Below the pieces are notes generated by a model. The model had not been told where the DNA came from and made no database searches. It saw only the letters and a list, made by a program, of their open reading frames with translations. 64,000 bases of DNA from an uncultured Gammaproteobacteria bacterium (GTDB lineage: Bacteria; Pseudomonadota; Gammaproteobacteria; JAURND01): NCBI GenBank assembly GCA_963714975.1, contig CAVQQD010000002.1, positions 576,001 to 640,000 of the forward strand, in the 5' to 3' direction. Positions 22,593 through 32,654 of the stretch are shown piece after piece. The position numbers and the translations under genes are program-made. Every line of letters begins with the position of its first letter. Within the stretch, counting starts at the first letter, position 1.

Positions 22593-23656
22593 TGCAAGTT
22601 ACCGTCGGCATGTCAGGTGGGGTGGACTCTTCAGTAGCAGCCTTGCTGCTGCAGCAGCAAAATTATGCAGTGCAGGGTGTTTTTATGCAGAATTGGGAAG
22701 AGTCTTCTGCAGAAGCCTTTTGCAGCGCTAGTCAAGATTTACAGGATGCACAGGCGATATGTGAGCGCTTGCAGATTTCCTTTCATACCGTCCGCTTTGC
22801 GGAAGAATATTGGGATCGAGTATTTCAACATTTTCTCAATGAATACGCCGCAGGACGCACTCCCAATCCAGATATTTTGTGTAATCAAGAAATCAAATTT
22901 AAAGCATTTTTAGCTTATGCTCTCGCGCAAGGCGCTGATTATATTGCTACCGGACATTATGCACGCATTCATGTTGCGCATGGCATTTATTATTTGTTAA
23001 AAGCCAGCGATCTCAGTAAGGACCAAAGTTATTTCTTATATACTTTACAGCAAGCACAATTGGCGCGAAGCTTATTTCCCTTGGGAAATTTAACAAAATC
23101 AAAAGTACGGCAAATGGCCAGGGCGGCTGGATTTATTAATCATGCGAAAAAAGATAGTACCGGGATTTGTTTTATTGGTGAGCGCAAATTTCGCAATTTT
23201 CTTAATGAATATTTATTAGCGCGACCGGGAAATATTGAGGGGCCGGATGGCGAAATTTTAGGCAAGCATCAAGGACTCATGTTTTATACTTTGGGGCAGC
23301 GCCAGGGCATTGGTATTGGTGGCAGGCGTCATGCTCAAAATGCGCCTTGGTATGTGATTGCAAAAGATACCGCGCGTAATGTGCTCGTGGTGGCTCAAGA
23401 TCATGACCATCCACAGCTATTACAAAGCTATTTACGTTGCCATGATGTCCATTGGGTGGCAGGTCATCCTCCGAAATTTCCTGTGCATTGTGCCGCTAAA
23501 ACTCGTTATCGACAGACTGAGGCTAATTGCATAGTGCGAGAAACGCAAGATGGTTGTGAAGTGGAGTTTACCGAACCACAATGGGCTATTACTCCCGGGC
23601 AATCAGTGGTATTTTATCAGGCAGATATTTGCCTAGGAGGAGGAGTGATTGTCTAA
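22592..23656 (+). CDS. mnmA: tRNA 2-thiouridylase
   Basis: GMSGGVDSS, TPNPDILCN, KDSTGICFIG. Confidence 0.97.
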   Translation: MQVTVGMSGGVDSSVAALLLQQQNYAVQGVFMQNWEESSAEAFCSASQDLQDAQAICERLQISFHTVRFAEEYWDRVFQHFLNEYAAGRTPNPDILCNQEIKFKAFLAYALAQGADYIATGHYARIHVAHGIYYLLKASDLSKDQSYFLYTLQQAQLARSLFPLGNLTKSKVRQMARAAGFINHAKKDSTGICFIGERKFRNFLNEYLLARPGNIEGPDGEILGKHQGLMFYTLGQRQGIGIGGRRHAQNAPWYVIAKDTARNVLVVAQDHDHPQLLQSYLRCHDVHWVAGHPPKFPVHCAAKTRYRQTEANCIVRETQDGCEVEFTEPQWAITPGQSVVFYQADICLGGGVIV

Positions 23657-24605
23657 GAATTTAGGAACTGCACTTGCTATAGTGCTCACTGTTGTTACTT
23701 GGTCTTCAGCATTTGTCGGCATTCGCGCTGGCTTGCAAGGTTATGACCCAGGGAGTTTGGCGCTTTTCCGTTATTTAATTGCCTCTTTGGGAATGTTGAT
23801 TTTATTTATTTTTCAGAAGTCACAGCGCAAATTGGCTTGGAAAGAAATGGCGCTAGTAGCAATCAATGGGGTGATTGGTTTTGGGATCTATAATTTGGCG
23901 CTTAATTACGGTGAAGTGACTATCGATGCAGGGATTGCTGGATTTATTATTAGTCAAATCCCCGTACTGATGACATTATTGGCCGTAGCTTTTTTGCGGG
24001 AAAAAATTAGTATCCAGGCTTGGCTAGGCATGGCTATTAGTTTCTTTGGTATTGCTATGATTGGTGTAAGTCAATCACAAGCGGGTGCTTTTAATTTTGG
24101 CGTTGTTTATGTATTAGTGGCGGTCATGACTGCCGCTATTTATGCGGTATGCTGTAAGCCCTTGTTGAAAAAATTAAATCCAATCACCTTGACTGCCTAT
24201 TGTATTTGGTGGGGCACTTTGTCCCTATGCATTTATCTTCCTAATTTAATTCGGGAAATTCCAACTGCACCTTTAAGTACTACTCTAGCCGTTATTTATT
24301 TGGGTATTTTCCCAGGATTAGCGGGATATCTCTCCTGGAGTTATGTTCTAGATCGCCTTCCTGCTTCTCGGGCAAGTAGCTATCTCTATGTCATGCCTAT
24401 CTTAGCCACCATTATGGGGTGGCTATTTTTGGGAGAAATTCCGACCTGGATTTCCTTGGTAGGTGGATTGGTGGCATTGGGTGGAGCAATATTCATTCAA
24501 CGCGCCAAAAGTTATCCCGAAGATCCCTCGTCGCAAGCTCCTCGGGATGACGAAGGGACGGTGGCATGGACCTCTACATCCTGCAAAGACGATAAATCCC
24601 GCTAA
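23649..24605 (+). CDS. EamA/DMT family transporter
   Basis: About 10 TM segments, WSSAFVGIR; the last ~28 codons derive partly from a REP. Confidence 0.9.
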   Translation: MSKNLGTALAIVLTVVTWSSAFVGIRAGLQGYDPGSLALFRYLIASLGMLILFIFQKSQRKLAWKEMALVAINGVIGFGIYNLALNYGEVTIDAGIAGFIISQIPVLMTLLAVAFLREKISIQAWLGMAISFFGIAMIGVSQSQAGAFNFGVVYVLVAVMTAAIYAVCCKPLLKKLNPITLTAYCIWWGTLSLCIYLPNLIREIPTAPLSTTLAVIYLGIFPGLAGYLSWSYVLDRLPASRASSYLYVMPILATIMGWLFLGEIPTWISLVGGLVALGGAIFIQRAKSYPEDPSSQAPRDDEGTVAWTSTSCKDDKSR

Positions 24606-24633
24606 GAATCTCTTAAGAAACCTATGATACATT
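24601..24633 (+). promoter_or_regulatory. PmrA-like box with -10, no downstream gene
   Basis: GCTAAGAAT-CT-CTTAAGAAA-N7-TACATT. Confidence 0.45.
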
Positions 24634-24641
24634 AACGATAT

Positions 24642-24814
24642 TCGTAACCAATCACCACGATTTTGCCTCTCCCCTTGTGGGAGAGGCCGCCCCGCCGTAA
24701 GGCGCGCGGGTGAGGGGTAAGCAGCAGTTAGCATTAGCTAATAAAATGCTTCTTGCTGTTTTCGGGCACCTTCTCCCACAAGGGGAGAGGCAAAATCGTG
24801 GTGAATGGTTACGA
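24642..24814. mobile_element. MITE-like element with ~43-bp inverted ends enclosing REPs
   Basis: TCGTAACCAATCACCACGATTTTGCCTCTCCCC ... GGGGAGAGGCAAAATCGTGGTGAATGGTTACGA; no TSD seen. Confidence 0.65.
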
Positions 24815-24843
24815 CTTAAATAGCGCCTATTTAAGTGAGGGTC

Positions 24844-25143
24844 TTAGTTGCTTTGTGCTTCCCAGCTCACTATATGGCCTGCGCCTACCAAATTACCAAT
24901 ATAGGCAACTGCTGGCCGCACTTTTTCGGGTAGATCAAAAAATTCAACTATTACTGGCAAATCTAATGACATACTTAATAAAGTGCTGCTGTGTAAGGCG
25001 CCAGACTTCCCAAAGCCGCTGATGGCTCTAAAAACTGTAACACCTTTTATTTTAATTTGATTATGTAAATAATCCATTATGGCATTAAGCAGTTTATCTG
25101 CCTCTGTGATGTAAACTCTGGCAATCATGACGGTAGTATTCAT
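24844..25143 (-). CDS. DUF190 (PII-like) protein coupled to crcB
   Basis: GVTVFRAISGFG..LSMSLDLPVIVEFFD; start overlaps crcB stop. Confidence 0.9.
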   Translation of the reverse strand: MNTTVMIARVYITEADKLLNAIMDYLHNQIKIKGVTVFRAISGFGKSGALHSSTLLSMSLDLPVIVEFFDLPEKVRPAVAYIGNLVGAGHIVSWEAQSN

Positions 25144-25514
25144 AATATTCTTCCTAAATAAACACCTGATAAGGTAGCGAAAAGGCAAAGTATAAGGGTA
25201 AGCGCCACATTTGTAAAAGCGGCTAGATGAGCGCCTTGTTCAAAAAGATTGTAAGTATCCAAGGAAAACGTCGAAAATGTGGTAAATCCGCCTAACAGGC
25301 CAATGAGAATTCCAGCGCGCCATACGGCCGATAAATCTAAGCGCTCAATAAGTAAGGTGCTGAAAAAACCGACCAGCAGACATCCCGACACATTCACTAG
25401 CAATATGCCATAGGGGAAATGAGCGCCCCATAATTGATTAATTTTCTGAGAAATAATAAATCTCAACACTGAACCCAGGGCGCCGCCGAGAAAGACAGCA
25501 AGTAGTGTACTCAT
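25140..25514 (-). CDS. crcB: Fluoride efflux channel FluC/CrcB
   Basis: GGALGSVLR, FPYGILLVN, GLLGGFTTFSTF. Confidence 0.96.
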   Translation of the reverse strand: MSTLLAVFLGGALGSVLRFIISQKINQLWGAHFPYGILLVNVSGCLLVGFFSTLLIERLDLSAVWRAGILIGLLGGFTTFSTFSLDTYNLFEQGAHLAAFTNVALTLILCLFATLSGVYLGRIL

Positions 25515-25632
25515 AGGTTAGGACCTGTTAAAAAATAACTTGAACATTTAGCATAGCACGTAACGAAATACGGTATTGATAATTCTCTCTCGATATTTAT
25601 AGTGAGCAACTCTGCCACTATTTTATGCGAGC

Positions 25633-25729
25633 AATTTATATGTTAACGATATATAGTAAATCTGAACGAGAAAATATTGATGCGACAACTTTGGCTCGCA
25701 TAGCTAAATCTTTGGAGACAATCAAATGA
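25633..25729 (+). pseudogene. 3' remnant of RelE/HigB-type toxin
   Basis: Encodes IYMLTIYSKSERENIDATTLARIAKSLETIK, matching the end of the toxin at 35888-36223. Confidence 0.85.
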
Positions 25730-26040
25730 AAAATAGAGACCTTGGGAAAGAGATTTTAGAAGGTATTAAAGAAATCAGAGCGTGGCAATTAGGAAAAAAA
25801 GAGTTGAAGGTTTCACGGGTTGCTCTACCGGCTGCAAAAGAAGTTGCCCAAATTAGGCATAACTTGGGATTAAGCCAGCAGGCATTTGCTTCTTTGATGG
25901 GTGTAAGCGTAGCTACTTTGCGGAATTGGGAACAAGGAAGGCGTGAACCTCATGGCTCAGCACGTAGTTTATTACTGATCGCAAAAAAGATTCCAAACGC
26001 TTTTTTAAAAGCTTTTGAACTTCCAAACAAGGCGACTTAG
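25726..26040 (+). CDS. HigA-type HTH antitoxin (orphan copy)
   Basis: LGLSQQAFASLMGVSVATLRNWEQGRREP; near-identical to 35577-35891. Confidence 0.9.
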   Translation: MKNRDLGKEILEGIKEIRAWQLGKKELKVSRVALPAAKEVAQIRHNLGLSQQAFASLMGVSVATLRNWEQGRREPHGSARSLLLIAKKIPNAFLKAFELPNKAT

Positions 26041-26221
26041 AATCCCGATCTAATTTTCGCAATTCCTCTAATTTTTCTGCGATTTTAATTTCTAAGCCAC
26101 GTGGTGCTGGGTTGTAATAACGGCGATTTTCTAACCCTTTGGGAAAATAATTTTCTGCTGCTGCATAGGCTTGGGGTTCATCATGTGCATAGCGGTATCC
26201 CGCCCCATAACCTTGGGATTT
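26040..26221 (-). repeat. Duplicated 3' end of rarA
   Basis: Matches 28318-28499 with mostly synonymous differences. Confidence 0.92.
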
Positions 26222-26353
26222 GGGTCAACTGTCATTCCAAATCAAGTGTCATCTCGAGTCAGATAATTGTGATCCTGTGAAAATGGTTGATTACAATATG
26301 ATATATTTCATATTTATGTTATTCTGAAATATAATACTTTCTTGGGGCATTAC

Positions 26354-27637
26354 ATGAATAACGAAATTTTAAAAGCGATTTTAGATTGGAATCCATGGAT
26401 TACAGGGCGTTTTCCTCAAGAGCTTCGAGGTTATACCCGAGATTATAATATCCTGGAATATCTCAAGTTAAACGAAATTAAAATTTTAGAGGGTGCTCGT
26501 CGCGTTGGAAAAAGCACCTTACTTTACCAAGTGATTGAACATTTAATAGCTGAAAATGCTAAGGTGCTTTATATCAACTTTGACGATGCTGAATTATCTA
26601 AATACCCACTGAAGACTATCATTGATACTTATTTGGAACATGGAGCATCGCTCGAATGTTTATTTATTGATGAAATCCAACATTGCCAGGATTGGGTCCA
26701 TTGTGTGCGTAATCTTTATGATCGAAAAGAGGTGAAGCAGATTTGGATTACGGGTTCGAATGCATCACTCATAAAAAAAGAATATAAAACGTTATTGTCA
26801 GGTCGTAACATTACTGTTCCCGTTTATCCCTTATCATTTCATGAATATTTACATTTTAAGCACTGCGAACTTCCGCAGAGCGGGTTATCTACGCAAAAAG
26901 AAATTGAAATCAAACGACATATAATGAGTTATTTAACATTGGGAGCATTTCCGGCGGTTACATTACGCGAAGTTTATCAAAAGGAATTGCTCCTCAATTA
27001 TTTTGAAGATTTTATGTATAAAGATATTGCGACTCGCTATTCAGTTAATGCCATCAAATTAAAAGATTTAGGAACTTATTTAGCAAGCAATAGCGGAAAA
27101 TTTTTCAGTTATCGTAAAGTAGCGCAATCATTAGGAGTACATGTTAATACGGTCACGGATTATTTTTCTTATTACCAAGAAGTATTTCTTTTTCGCGAAC
27201 TTTATAAATTTGATTACTCGCTTAAAGGGAAGTTTGGTAGTGAGAAAAAAATTTATTGCCTTGATACCGGATTAGCGGCTGCGATTTCATTTCGGTTTTC
27301 TGATGATAAAGGACGGATGTTGGAAAACCTTGTGCATAATGAATTAAGACGGCGATCATATGAAATTTATTTTCATAAAGGAAGAAAGGAATGTGATTTT
27401 GTTGTTAAAGAAAATCTTGAAATTACTCAAGTCATTCAAGTGTGTCACACTTTATTCGATCCTGAAACTAAATATCGAGAACTGGAAGGGTTGAAAGAAG
27501 CGCTGGAAGTGTATTCTCATGCAGAAGGAATGATTATTACTGCGGATGAATCGGGTGAGGAAAAAATTACTGTTGGAGATAAACAGCAGATCATTAAAAT
27601 AACGCCGGTTTGGAAATGGTTATTAACCCTAGGTTAA
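26354..27637 (+). CDS. AAA+ ATPase, AAA_14 plus DUF4143 type
   Basis: GARRVGKST, LFIDEIQ, ITGSN, KIYCLDTGL, ECDFV. Confidence 0.9.
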   Translation: MNNEILKAILDWNPWITGRFPQELRGYTRDYNILEYLKLNEIKILEGARRVGKSTLLYQVIEHLIAENAKVLYINFDDAELSKYPLKTIIDTYLEHGASLECLFIDEIQHCQDWVHCVRNLYDRKEVKQIWITGSNASLIKKEYKTLLSGRNITVPVYPLSFHEYLHFKHCELPQSGLSTQKEIEIKRHIMSYLTLGAFPAVTLREVYQKELLLNYFEDFMYKDIATRYSVNAIKLKDLGTYLASNSGKFFSYRKVAQSLGVHVNTVTDYFSYYQEVFLFRELYKFDYSLKGKFGSEKKIYCLDTGLAAAISFRFSDDKGRMLENLVHNELRRRSYEIYFHKGRKECDFVVKENLEITQVIQVCHTLFDPETKYRELEGLKEALEVYSHAEGMIITADESGEEKITVGDKQQIIKITPVWKWLLTLG

Positions 27638-27658
27638 CCGCTTACAATGTATTTGCGC

Positions 27659-27691
27659 TTTAAGAAAATCATAAGAGAAAGAAAGTATAAT
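27659..27691 (+). promoter_or_regulatory. PmrA-type box and -10
   Basis: TTTAAGAAA-AT-CATAAGAGA-N7-TATAAT. Confidence 0.6.
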
Positions 27692-27731
27692 CTGCTCAAC
27701 TTATATTCAAATAATTAAAGAGAGGTGAGGT

Positions 27732-28103
27732 ATGTCAGTTGGAAGTGAGTTAATTGAAGATGATGAATCCAGTTTAATGCTTAAGCGTGTAGGGTGTGGA
27801 GTGGGTTTTTTTGTAGCAGTAGTTGTAGCTCCGCAAGTGACTGCGATGTATACGAATGAAAATGCCTATAATTTCTACTCTGATACTGCTATTGGAAATA
27901 TGCCCAACATCGTAGCCACTACTGTAGTAGGTCCTGTATTATTAGCAGTTGCAGTATTGTGTCTTGCGTTGTTTGGGGAATGTATGCAGGCAATTGAAGA
28001 TACAGAGGAGGAAGCGCTCGAAGATTGGAGAAGCACACCGTGGACATCATCTGACGAACTTAAGTGGAGGAGAGAGCAGAGAAAGCAGGGAAACTACGTC
28101 TGA
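27732..28103 (+). CDS. Small two-TM hypothetical protein with acidic C-terminal block; candidate effector
   Basis: GAGGTGAGG RBS; two hydrophobic segments; EDTEEEALED. Confidence 0.7.
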   Translation: MSVGSELIEDDESSLMLKRVGCGVGFFVAVVVAPQVTAMYTNENAYNFYSDTAIGNMPNIVATTVVGPVLLAVAVLCLALFGECMQAIEDTEEEALEDWRSTPWTSSDELKWRREQRKQGNYV

Positions 28104-28150
28104 CCCTAAAACCTTGCGAGAAAAGGTGCCCGCTTTAATCATCTCTTAGC

Positions 28151-28304
28151 AAGCCTACTAGCAGGCATCCCGACACATTAACCAGCAATATTCCACAGGG
28201 GAAATGAGCGCCCCATAATTGATTAATTTTCTGAGAAATAATAAATCTCAACACTGAACCCAGGGCGCCGCCGAGGAAGACGGCAAGTAGTATATCCATA
28301 GGTT
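28151..28304 (-). pseudogene. 5' fragment of crcB (duplicate)
   Basis: MDILLAVFLGGALGSVLRFIISQK...; matches 25367-25520, has a 1-bp deletion and is then truncated. Confidence 0.9.
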
Positions 28305-29621
28305 TCACTTCCTTTTTGAATCCCGATCCAATTGCCGCAATTCCTCTAATTTTTCTGCGATTTTAATTTCTAAGCCACGCGGTGCTGGGTTGTAATATCG
28401 GCGATTTTCTAACCCTTTGGGAAAATAATTTTCTGCTGCTGCATAGGCTTGGGGTTCATCATGTGCATAGCGATATCCGGCGCCGTATCCTTGAGATTTC
28501 ATCAAGGAAGTAGGGGCATTGCGAATGTGCAATGGCACTTCCAGTGAGCCATAGTTTCGTGCATCTTCCATGGCGGCGTTGGTGGCGGCATAAACTGCGT
28601 TACTTTTAGGCGCACAGGCTAAATAGACCACTGCTTGGGCTATAGCCAACTCTCCTTCAGGGCTACCCAGTCGGCGGAAAGTTTCCCAGGCGTCTAGTGC
28701 TAAGCTGAGCGCTCGGGGATCGGCATTGCCAATATCTTCACTTGCCATGCGCAAAACTCGGCGAGCAATATATTCCGGATCACAACCGCCATCGATCATG
28801 CGCGCAAACCAGTATAAAGCTGCATCTGGGGCAGTGCCGCGCACCGATTTATGCAGCGCGGAAATTTGCTCATAAAATAAATCACCGCGTTTATCAAAGC
28901 GTCTTGCGCCACCGGATAAAATTTCATCAAATGCAGTATCAGAAATTTGTTCTAATCCTGCTTTTTCTTCGGCAAAATCACTGAGAATTTCCAGCATATT
29001 TAGTGCTTGACGGGCATCACCATCCGCATAACGTGCCAGTCTTTGTTTTAATTCAGGAGGAATAGCTAATTTTCGTTGGCCCAGACCGTGGGTTTTATCA
29101 CTCAGAGCCACATCGATGATTTGTATGATTTCAGGCTCTTCCAAACGCTTTAGCACATAAATTCGACACCGGGATAATAAGGCATTATTTAACTCAAATG
29201 AGGGATTTTCAGTAGTCGCCCCAATTAGAATTAAGGTGCCGTCTTCTACAAAGGGTAAAAAGGCATCTTGCTGTGCTTTGTTAAAGCGATGGACCTCATC
29301 AACAAATAAAATAGTGGGTTTGTGTTCTTGTTCTTGTACTTGTTTTGCTCGCTCGACAATTTGCCGAATGTCTTTTACTCCGGCGAGTACGGCAGAGATA
29401 CTTTCAATATGTGCTTGGGCATTTTGCGCGAGTAATTTCGCTAAAGTAGTTTTGCCACTACCTGGAGGTCCCCATAAGATCATCGAATGCAGGAGCTGGT
29501 TATCGATGGCTTGCCGTAAAGGTTTGCCACGCGCCAGTAGGTGCCTCTGTCCACAAAATTCTTCGATGCGTTTAGGGCGCATACGCGCCGCCAGAGGTTC
29601 GAATAGGGGATTGGAGTGCAT
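28305..29621 (-). CDS. rarA: Replication-associated recombination protein A
   Basis: PLAARMRP, GPPGSGKTT, DEVHRFNKAQQD, SALHKSVRG. Confidence 0.97.
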   Translation of the reverse strand: MHSNPLFEPLAARMRPKRIEEFCGQRHLLARGKPLRQAIDNQLLHSMILWGPPGSGKTTLAKLLAQNAQAHIESISAVLAGVKDIRQIVERAKQVQEQEHKPTILFVDEVHRFNKAQQDAFLPFVEDGTLILIGATTENPSFELNNALLSRCRIYVLKRLEEPEIIQIIDVALSDKTHGLGQRKLAIPPELKQRLARYADGDARQALNMLEILSDFAEEKAGLEQISDTAFDEILSGGARRFDKRGDLFYEQISALHKSVRGTAPDAALYWFARMIDGGCDPEYIARRVLRMASEDIGNADPRALSLALDAWETFRRLGSPEGELAIAQAVVYLACAPKSNAVYAATNAAMEDARNYGSLEVPLHIRNAPTSLMKSQGYGAGYRYAHDEPQAYAAAENYFPKGLENRRYYNPAPRGLEIKIAEKLEELRQLDRDSKRK

Positions 29622-30247
29622 TAATTCTTAATCACTTCGACGCCTTTAGGTGGTTTGAAGTGGAAGAGATTATTACTCAAGGAGGGATTCATTTTTACAT
29701 TCTGAAAATGAAAATCAGTAATTGAGCCAGTATTATCAGCCAGCTTCATACTGGATAATTTGTCAGCGATGAAGGTTAATTCGATCCATTTAAATAAGTC
29801 ATGCTGACTATTGGGTCGCAGCTGGTAACTTTGAGTTTGGGCTGTGGCTTTAAGTTGTTTGACATTAAAGCGATTTTCTAGAGTTTCAACTGAGCCACTC
29901 AGTAAGGAAGCTGGGCTATTAGCATTGTTTTTGTCCATGGCTTGACGTGTCGCTTGTTGCAGATCTTTGTCGTAAACCCATAAATAACGGCCATCCGCCA
30001 GGAGCAACTGTGGGTTGGGCGAGACGACCTCCCAGCGGAACTTGCCGGGTCGTAGTAAAGCCATTGTGCCAGTGTTTTTCTGCAGTAGATGACCCTTGCC
30101 ATCGAAAACATTTTGTTGAAAATTTGCACTGAGCGATTGAAATTTACTCAAAGAAGCCGCTAAGGTTTGGCTCGCTGTTTCTGCTGTGGCATTAAAGCTG
30201 ACTGCAGTTAAGAGGCCAATCAATAAGAATTTTAAAAATTTCATCAT
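29621..30247 (-). CDS. lolA: Outer-membrane lipoprotein chaperone
   Basis: Signal peptide, SANFQQ, RPGKFRW, F.FKPPKGV; upstream of rarA. Confidence 0.95.
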   Translation of the reverse strand: MMKFLKFLLIGLLTAVSFNATAETASQTLAASLSKFQSLSANFQQNVFDGKGHLLQKNTGTMALLRPGKFRWEVVSPNPQLLLADGRYLWVYDKDLQQATRQAMDKNNANSPASLLSGSVETLENRFNVKQLKATAQTQSYQLRPNSQHDLFKWIELTFIADKLSSMKLADNTGSITDFHFQNVKMNPSLSNNLFHFKPPKGVEVIKN

Positions 30248-30479
30248 AAATTTAAGTCTATTTTACTCGTAGTTGTTGTAGTGGGGTGGCGAATTCATCA
30301 CACTTCTAGCCTGGTCCTCATAATGTTTTTAGAGACGACCCATGGTAAATGTTATAAAACTAGCTGATGCCAGAATGATAGCAGTTTACAGCCATGCGTC
30401 AACATCAGTTTGCTTTATGGTAAGGAGGATCCTTACTCTAATCCTGGTGTGAGCATTCTTTAAAAAGTATTGTTTTGTT

Positions 30480-32417
30480 CTAACCCTGTTTTTTTACCCA
30501 ATTAATTAAGCTCCCTGCCAGTAAAATTTCCAATTGGCGAGGGGAGAGGTTGTGGCGTAGTTCGAGAGAACGGTTATTAATGGTAGCTTGCAGTATGTCG
30601 GATTTTTTCAGTTGTTGATGGACATTCGCGATTGCGATCACATCGTTTTGTTTAATGCTATCGTAATCTTTTGGATCGATAAAGGTTAAGGGCAAGATCC
30701 CAAAATTAACCAGATTTTGCCAATGAATACGGGCAAAACTTTTGGCCACGATGAGATGCAGCCCAAGGAAACGGGGAGCTAAGGCGGCATGTTCGCGACT
30801 AGATCCCTGGCCGTAATTTTCTCCGCCGATAATTGCATGTCCCCCTTGATAATGAATGCTTTGTGCACGTACGTGATAATTTGGATCAATGATGTTGTAA
30901 ACAAATTCACTAATTTTGGGAATATTACTGCGAAACGGCAGAACTCGCGCGCCGGCAGGCATAATGGTGTCTGTAGAAATATTATCTCCCACCTTGAGTA
31001 GCACAGGCAGTTCGAGCGAAGTTCCTAAAGCACTTAAATGCGGTAATGAAGTAATATTTGGTCCTTTAATTAATCGCACCTGCGTTGCTTTATTTTTACT
31101 GATCGGTGCTTGCACCATTTCTTTATCCACGGTGTGTTTTTTCGCTGGCTTGACTCGAGGATAGGGAATTTTTAGGTCGCGAGGATCGGTGATTTTTCCT
31201 TTTAAGGCCGAGGCGGTTGCTGTTTCTGGGCTGCATAAAAATACGCTATCTTCGAGGGTTCCAGAACGCCCAGGAAAATTGCGCGGAACGGTGCGTAAGC
31301 TATTGCGTCCCGTAGCGGGTGCTTGTCCCATCCCAATACAGCCATTGCAACCGGCTTGGTGGATGCGGGCTCCGGCGGCAAGCATCTGTGATAAATGTCC
31401 TTCGTTGGATAAATCTTCTAAGATGCTGCGGGCGGAAGGGTTAATGTCGTATGAGACATTGGGCGCGACTTGCTTGCCTTTGACCATTAAGGCTGAAATC
31501 GCAAAGTCACGGTAGCCAGGATTGGCGGATGAGCCGATATAGGCTTGATAAATTGCTTTTCCAGCTACTTGTTTTACTGGCACTACATCATCGGGACTGG
31601 AAGGCAAGGCAATTAACGGGACTAATTTATTCAGGTCAATCTCGTCCTCTCGATCATAGAGCGCGCCAGGATCGGCGGCCAAGGGTTGCCACTCTTTTTT
31701 GCGGCCCTCCGCAGTTAAGAAGGCCAGGGTTTGTTCATCAGAAGGAAATAAGCTTGCGGTAGCGCCTAATTCTGCCCCCATATTGGCAATCACATGCCGA
31801 TCCATGGCGCTAAGGTGTTTAAGCCCTGGACCGTAATACTCTAAGATGTAGCCTACCCCCCCTTTGACGGTATGGCGTCTGAGCATTTCGAGAATAATAT
31901 CTTTGGCACTGACCCAGGCCCGCAGTTTACCCGTTAAGTGTACGCCGAAGGTTTTTGGCATTTTGACATAAAAAGGATGACCCGCCATCGCCATCGCTAC
32001 TTCTAAACCACCGGCACCCATGGCGAGCATCGCCATACAACCAGCGGCGCAGGTGTGGCTGTCAGAGCCTAATAATGTTTTACCCGGCTTTCCGAAGTAT
32101 TGCATATGAATTGGATGGCTAACCCCGTTGCCAGGGCGGCTATACCAAAGACCAAATTTTTGGCAAGCGCTTTGCAAAAATAGATGGTCATCAGCATTTT
32201 TAAAGTCTTCTTGCAGTAAATTATGGTCGACATATTGCACAGATAATTGAGTTTTTACCCGCTTCAGACCCATGGCTTCGAGCTCTAACATAACCAGAGT
32301 GCCGGTAGCATCTTGGGTGAGGGTTTGGTCAATTTTTAGCCCAATCTCCTGGCCTGCCAGCATCTTTCCTTCTACTAAGTGACTATTGATCAGTTTTTGA
32401 GCAAGGTTCATTGCCAT
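30480..32417 (-). CDS. Aconitate hydratase (short ~645-aa type)
   Basis: TQDATGT, GSDSHT, NMGAELGAT, CNGCIG, NYGQGSSREHA. Confidence 0.92.
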   Translation of the reverse strand: MAMNLAQKLINSHLVEGKMLAGQEIGLKIDQTLTQDATGTLVMLELEAMGLKRVKTQLSVQYVDHNLLQEDFKNADDHLFLQSACQKFGLWYSRPGNGVSHPIHMQYFGKPGKTLLGSDSHTCAAGCMAMLAMGAGGLEVAMAMAGHPFYVKMPKTFGVHLTGKLRAWVSAKDIILEMLRRHTVKGGVGYILEYYGPGLKHLSAMDRHVIANMGAELGATASLFPSDEQTLAFLTAEGRKKEWQPLAADPGALYDREDEIDLNKLVPLIALPSSPDDVVPVKQVAGKAIYQAYIGSSANPGYRDFAISALMVKGKQVAPNVSYDINPSARSILEDLSNEGHLSQMLAAGARIHQAGCNGCIGMGQAPATGRNSLRTVPRNFPGRSGTLEDSVFLCSPETATASALKGKITDPRDLKIPYPRVKPAKKHTVDKEMVQAPISKNKATQVRLIKGPNITSLPHLSALGTSLELPVLLKVGDNISTDTIMPAGARVLPFRSNIPKISEFVYNIIDPNYHVRAQSIHYQGGHAIIGGENYGQGSSREHAALAPRFLGLHLIVAKSFARIHWQNLVNFGILPLTFIDPKDYDSIKQNDVIAIANVHQQLKKSDILQATINNRSLELRHNLSPRQLEILLAGSLINWVKKQG

Positions 32418-32621
32418 GGTAGTGGCTCCTTTTTGACAGGTAATAGGAACTAAAGGATTGGTAATTCTCTAAGAATAGCAGGATCGGTGCAATTCGCGAG
32501 GCCCCATAGGCTGTATGGATTCCTTCTCTCACAGCGGTTTTCTGTGGGAGAAGGTGGTCGCAGGCCGAATGGGGGTGTTTGAAAGGGCTTTCAGCATTTT
32601 GAACCCACCTATTACCCCTTT

Positions 32622-32654
32622 ATTAATACTAAATTAATTCTTTGACTTTATAAT
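32622..32654 (+). promoter_or_regulatory. PmrA-type box and -10
   Basis: ATTAATACT-AA-ATTAATTCT-N7-TATAAT. Confidence 0.7.

Noticed and set aside
25515-25565. Fluoride riboswitch upstream of crcB
   Set aside because: The GATGG...CTGATG-type consensus is not visible.
30480-32417. Short aconitase as a novel enzyme
   Set aside because: It matches a known single-chain aconitase subtype with the standard motifs, and its context is unremarkable.
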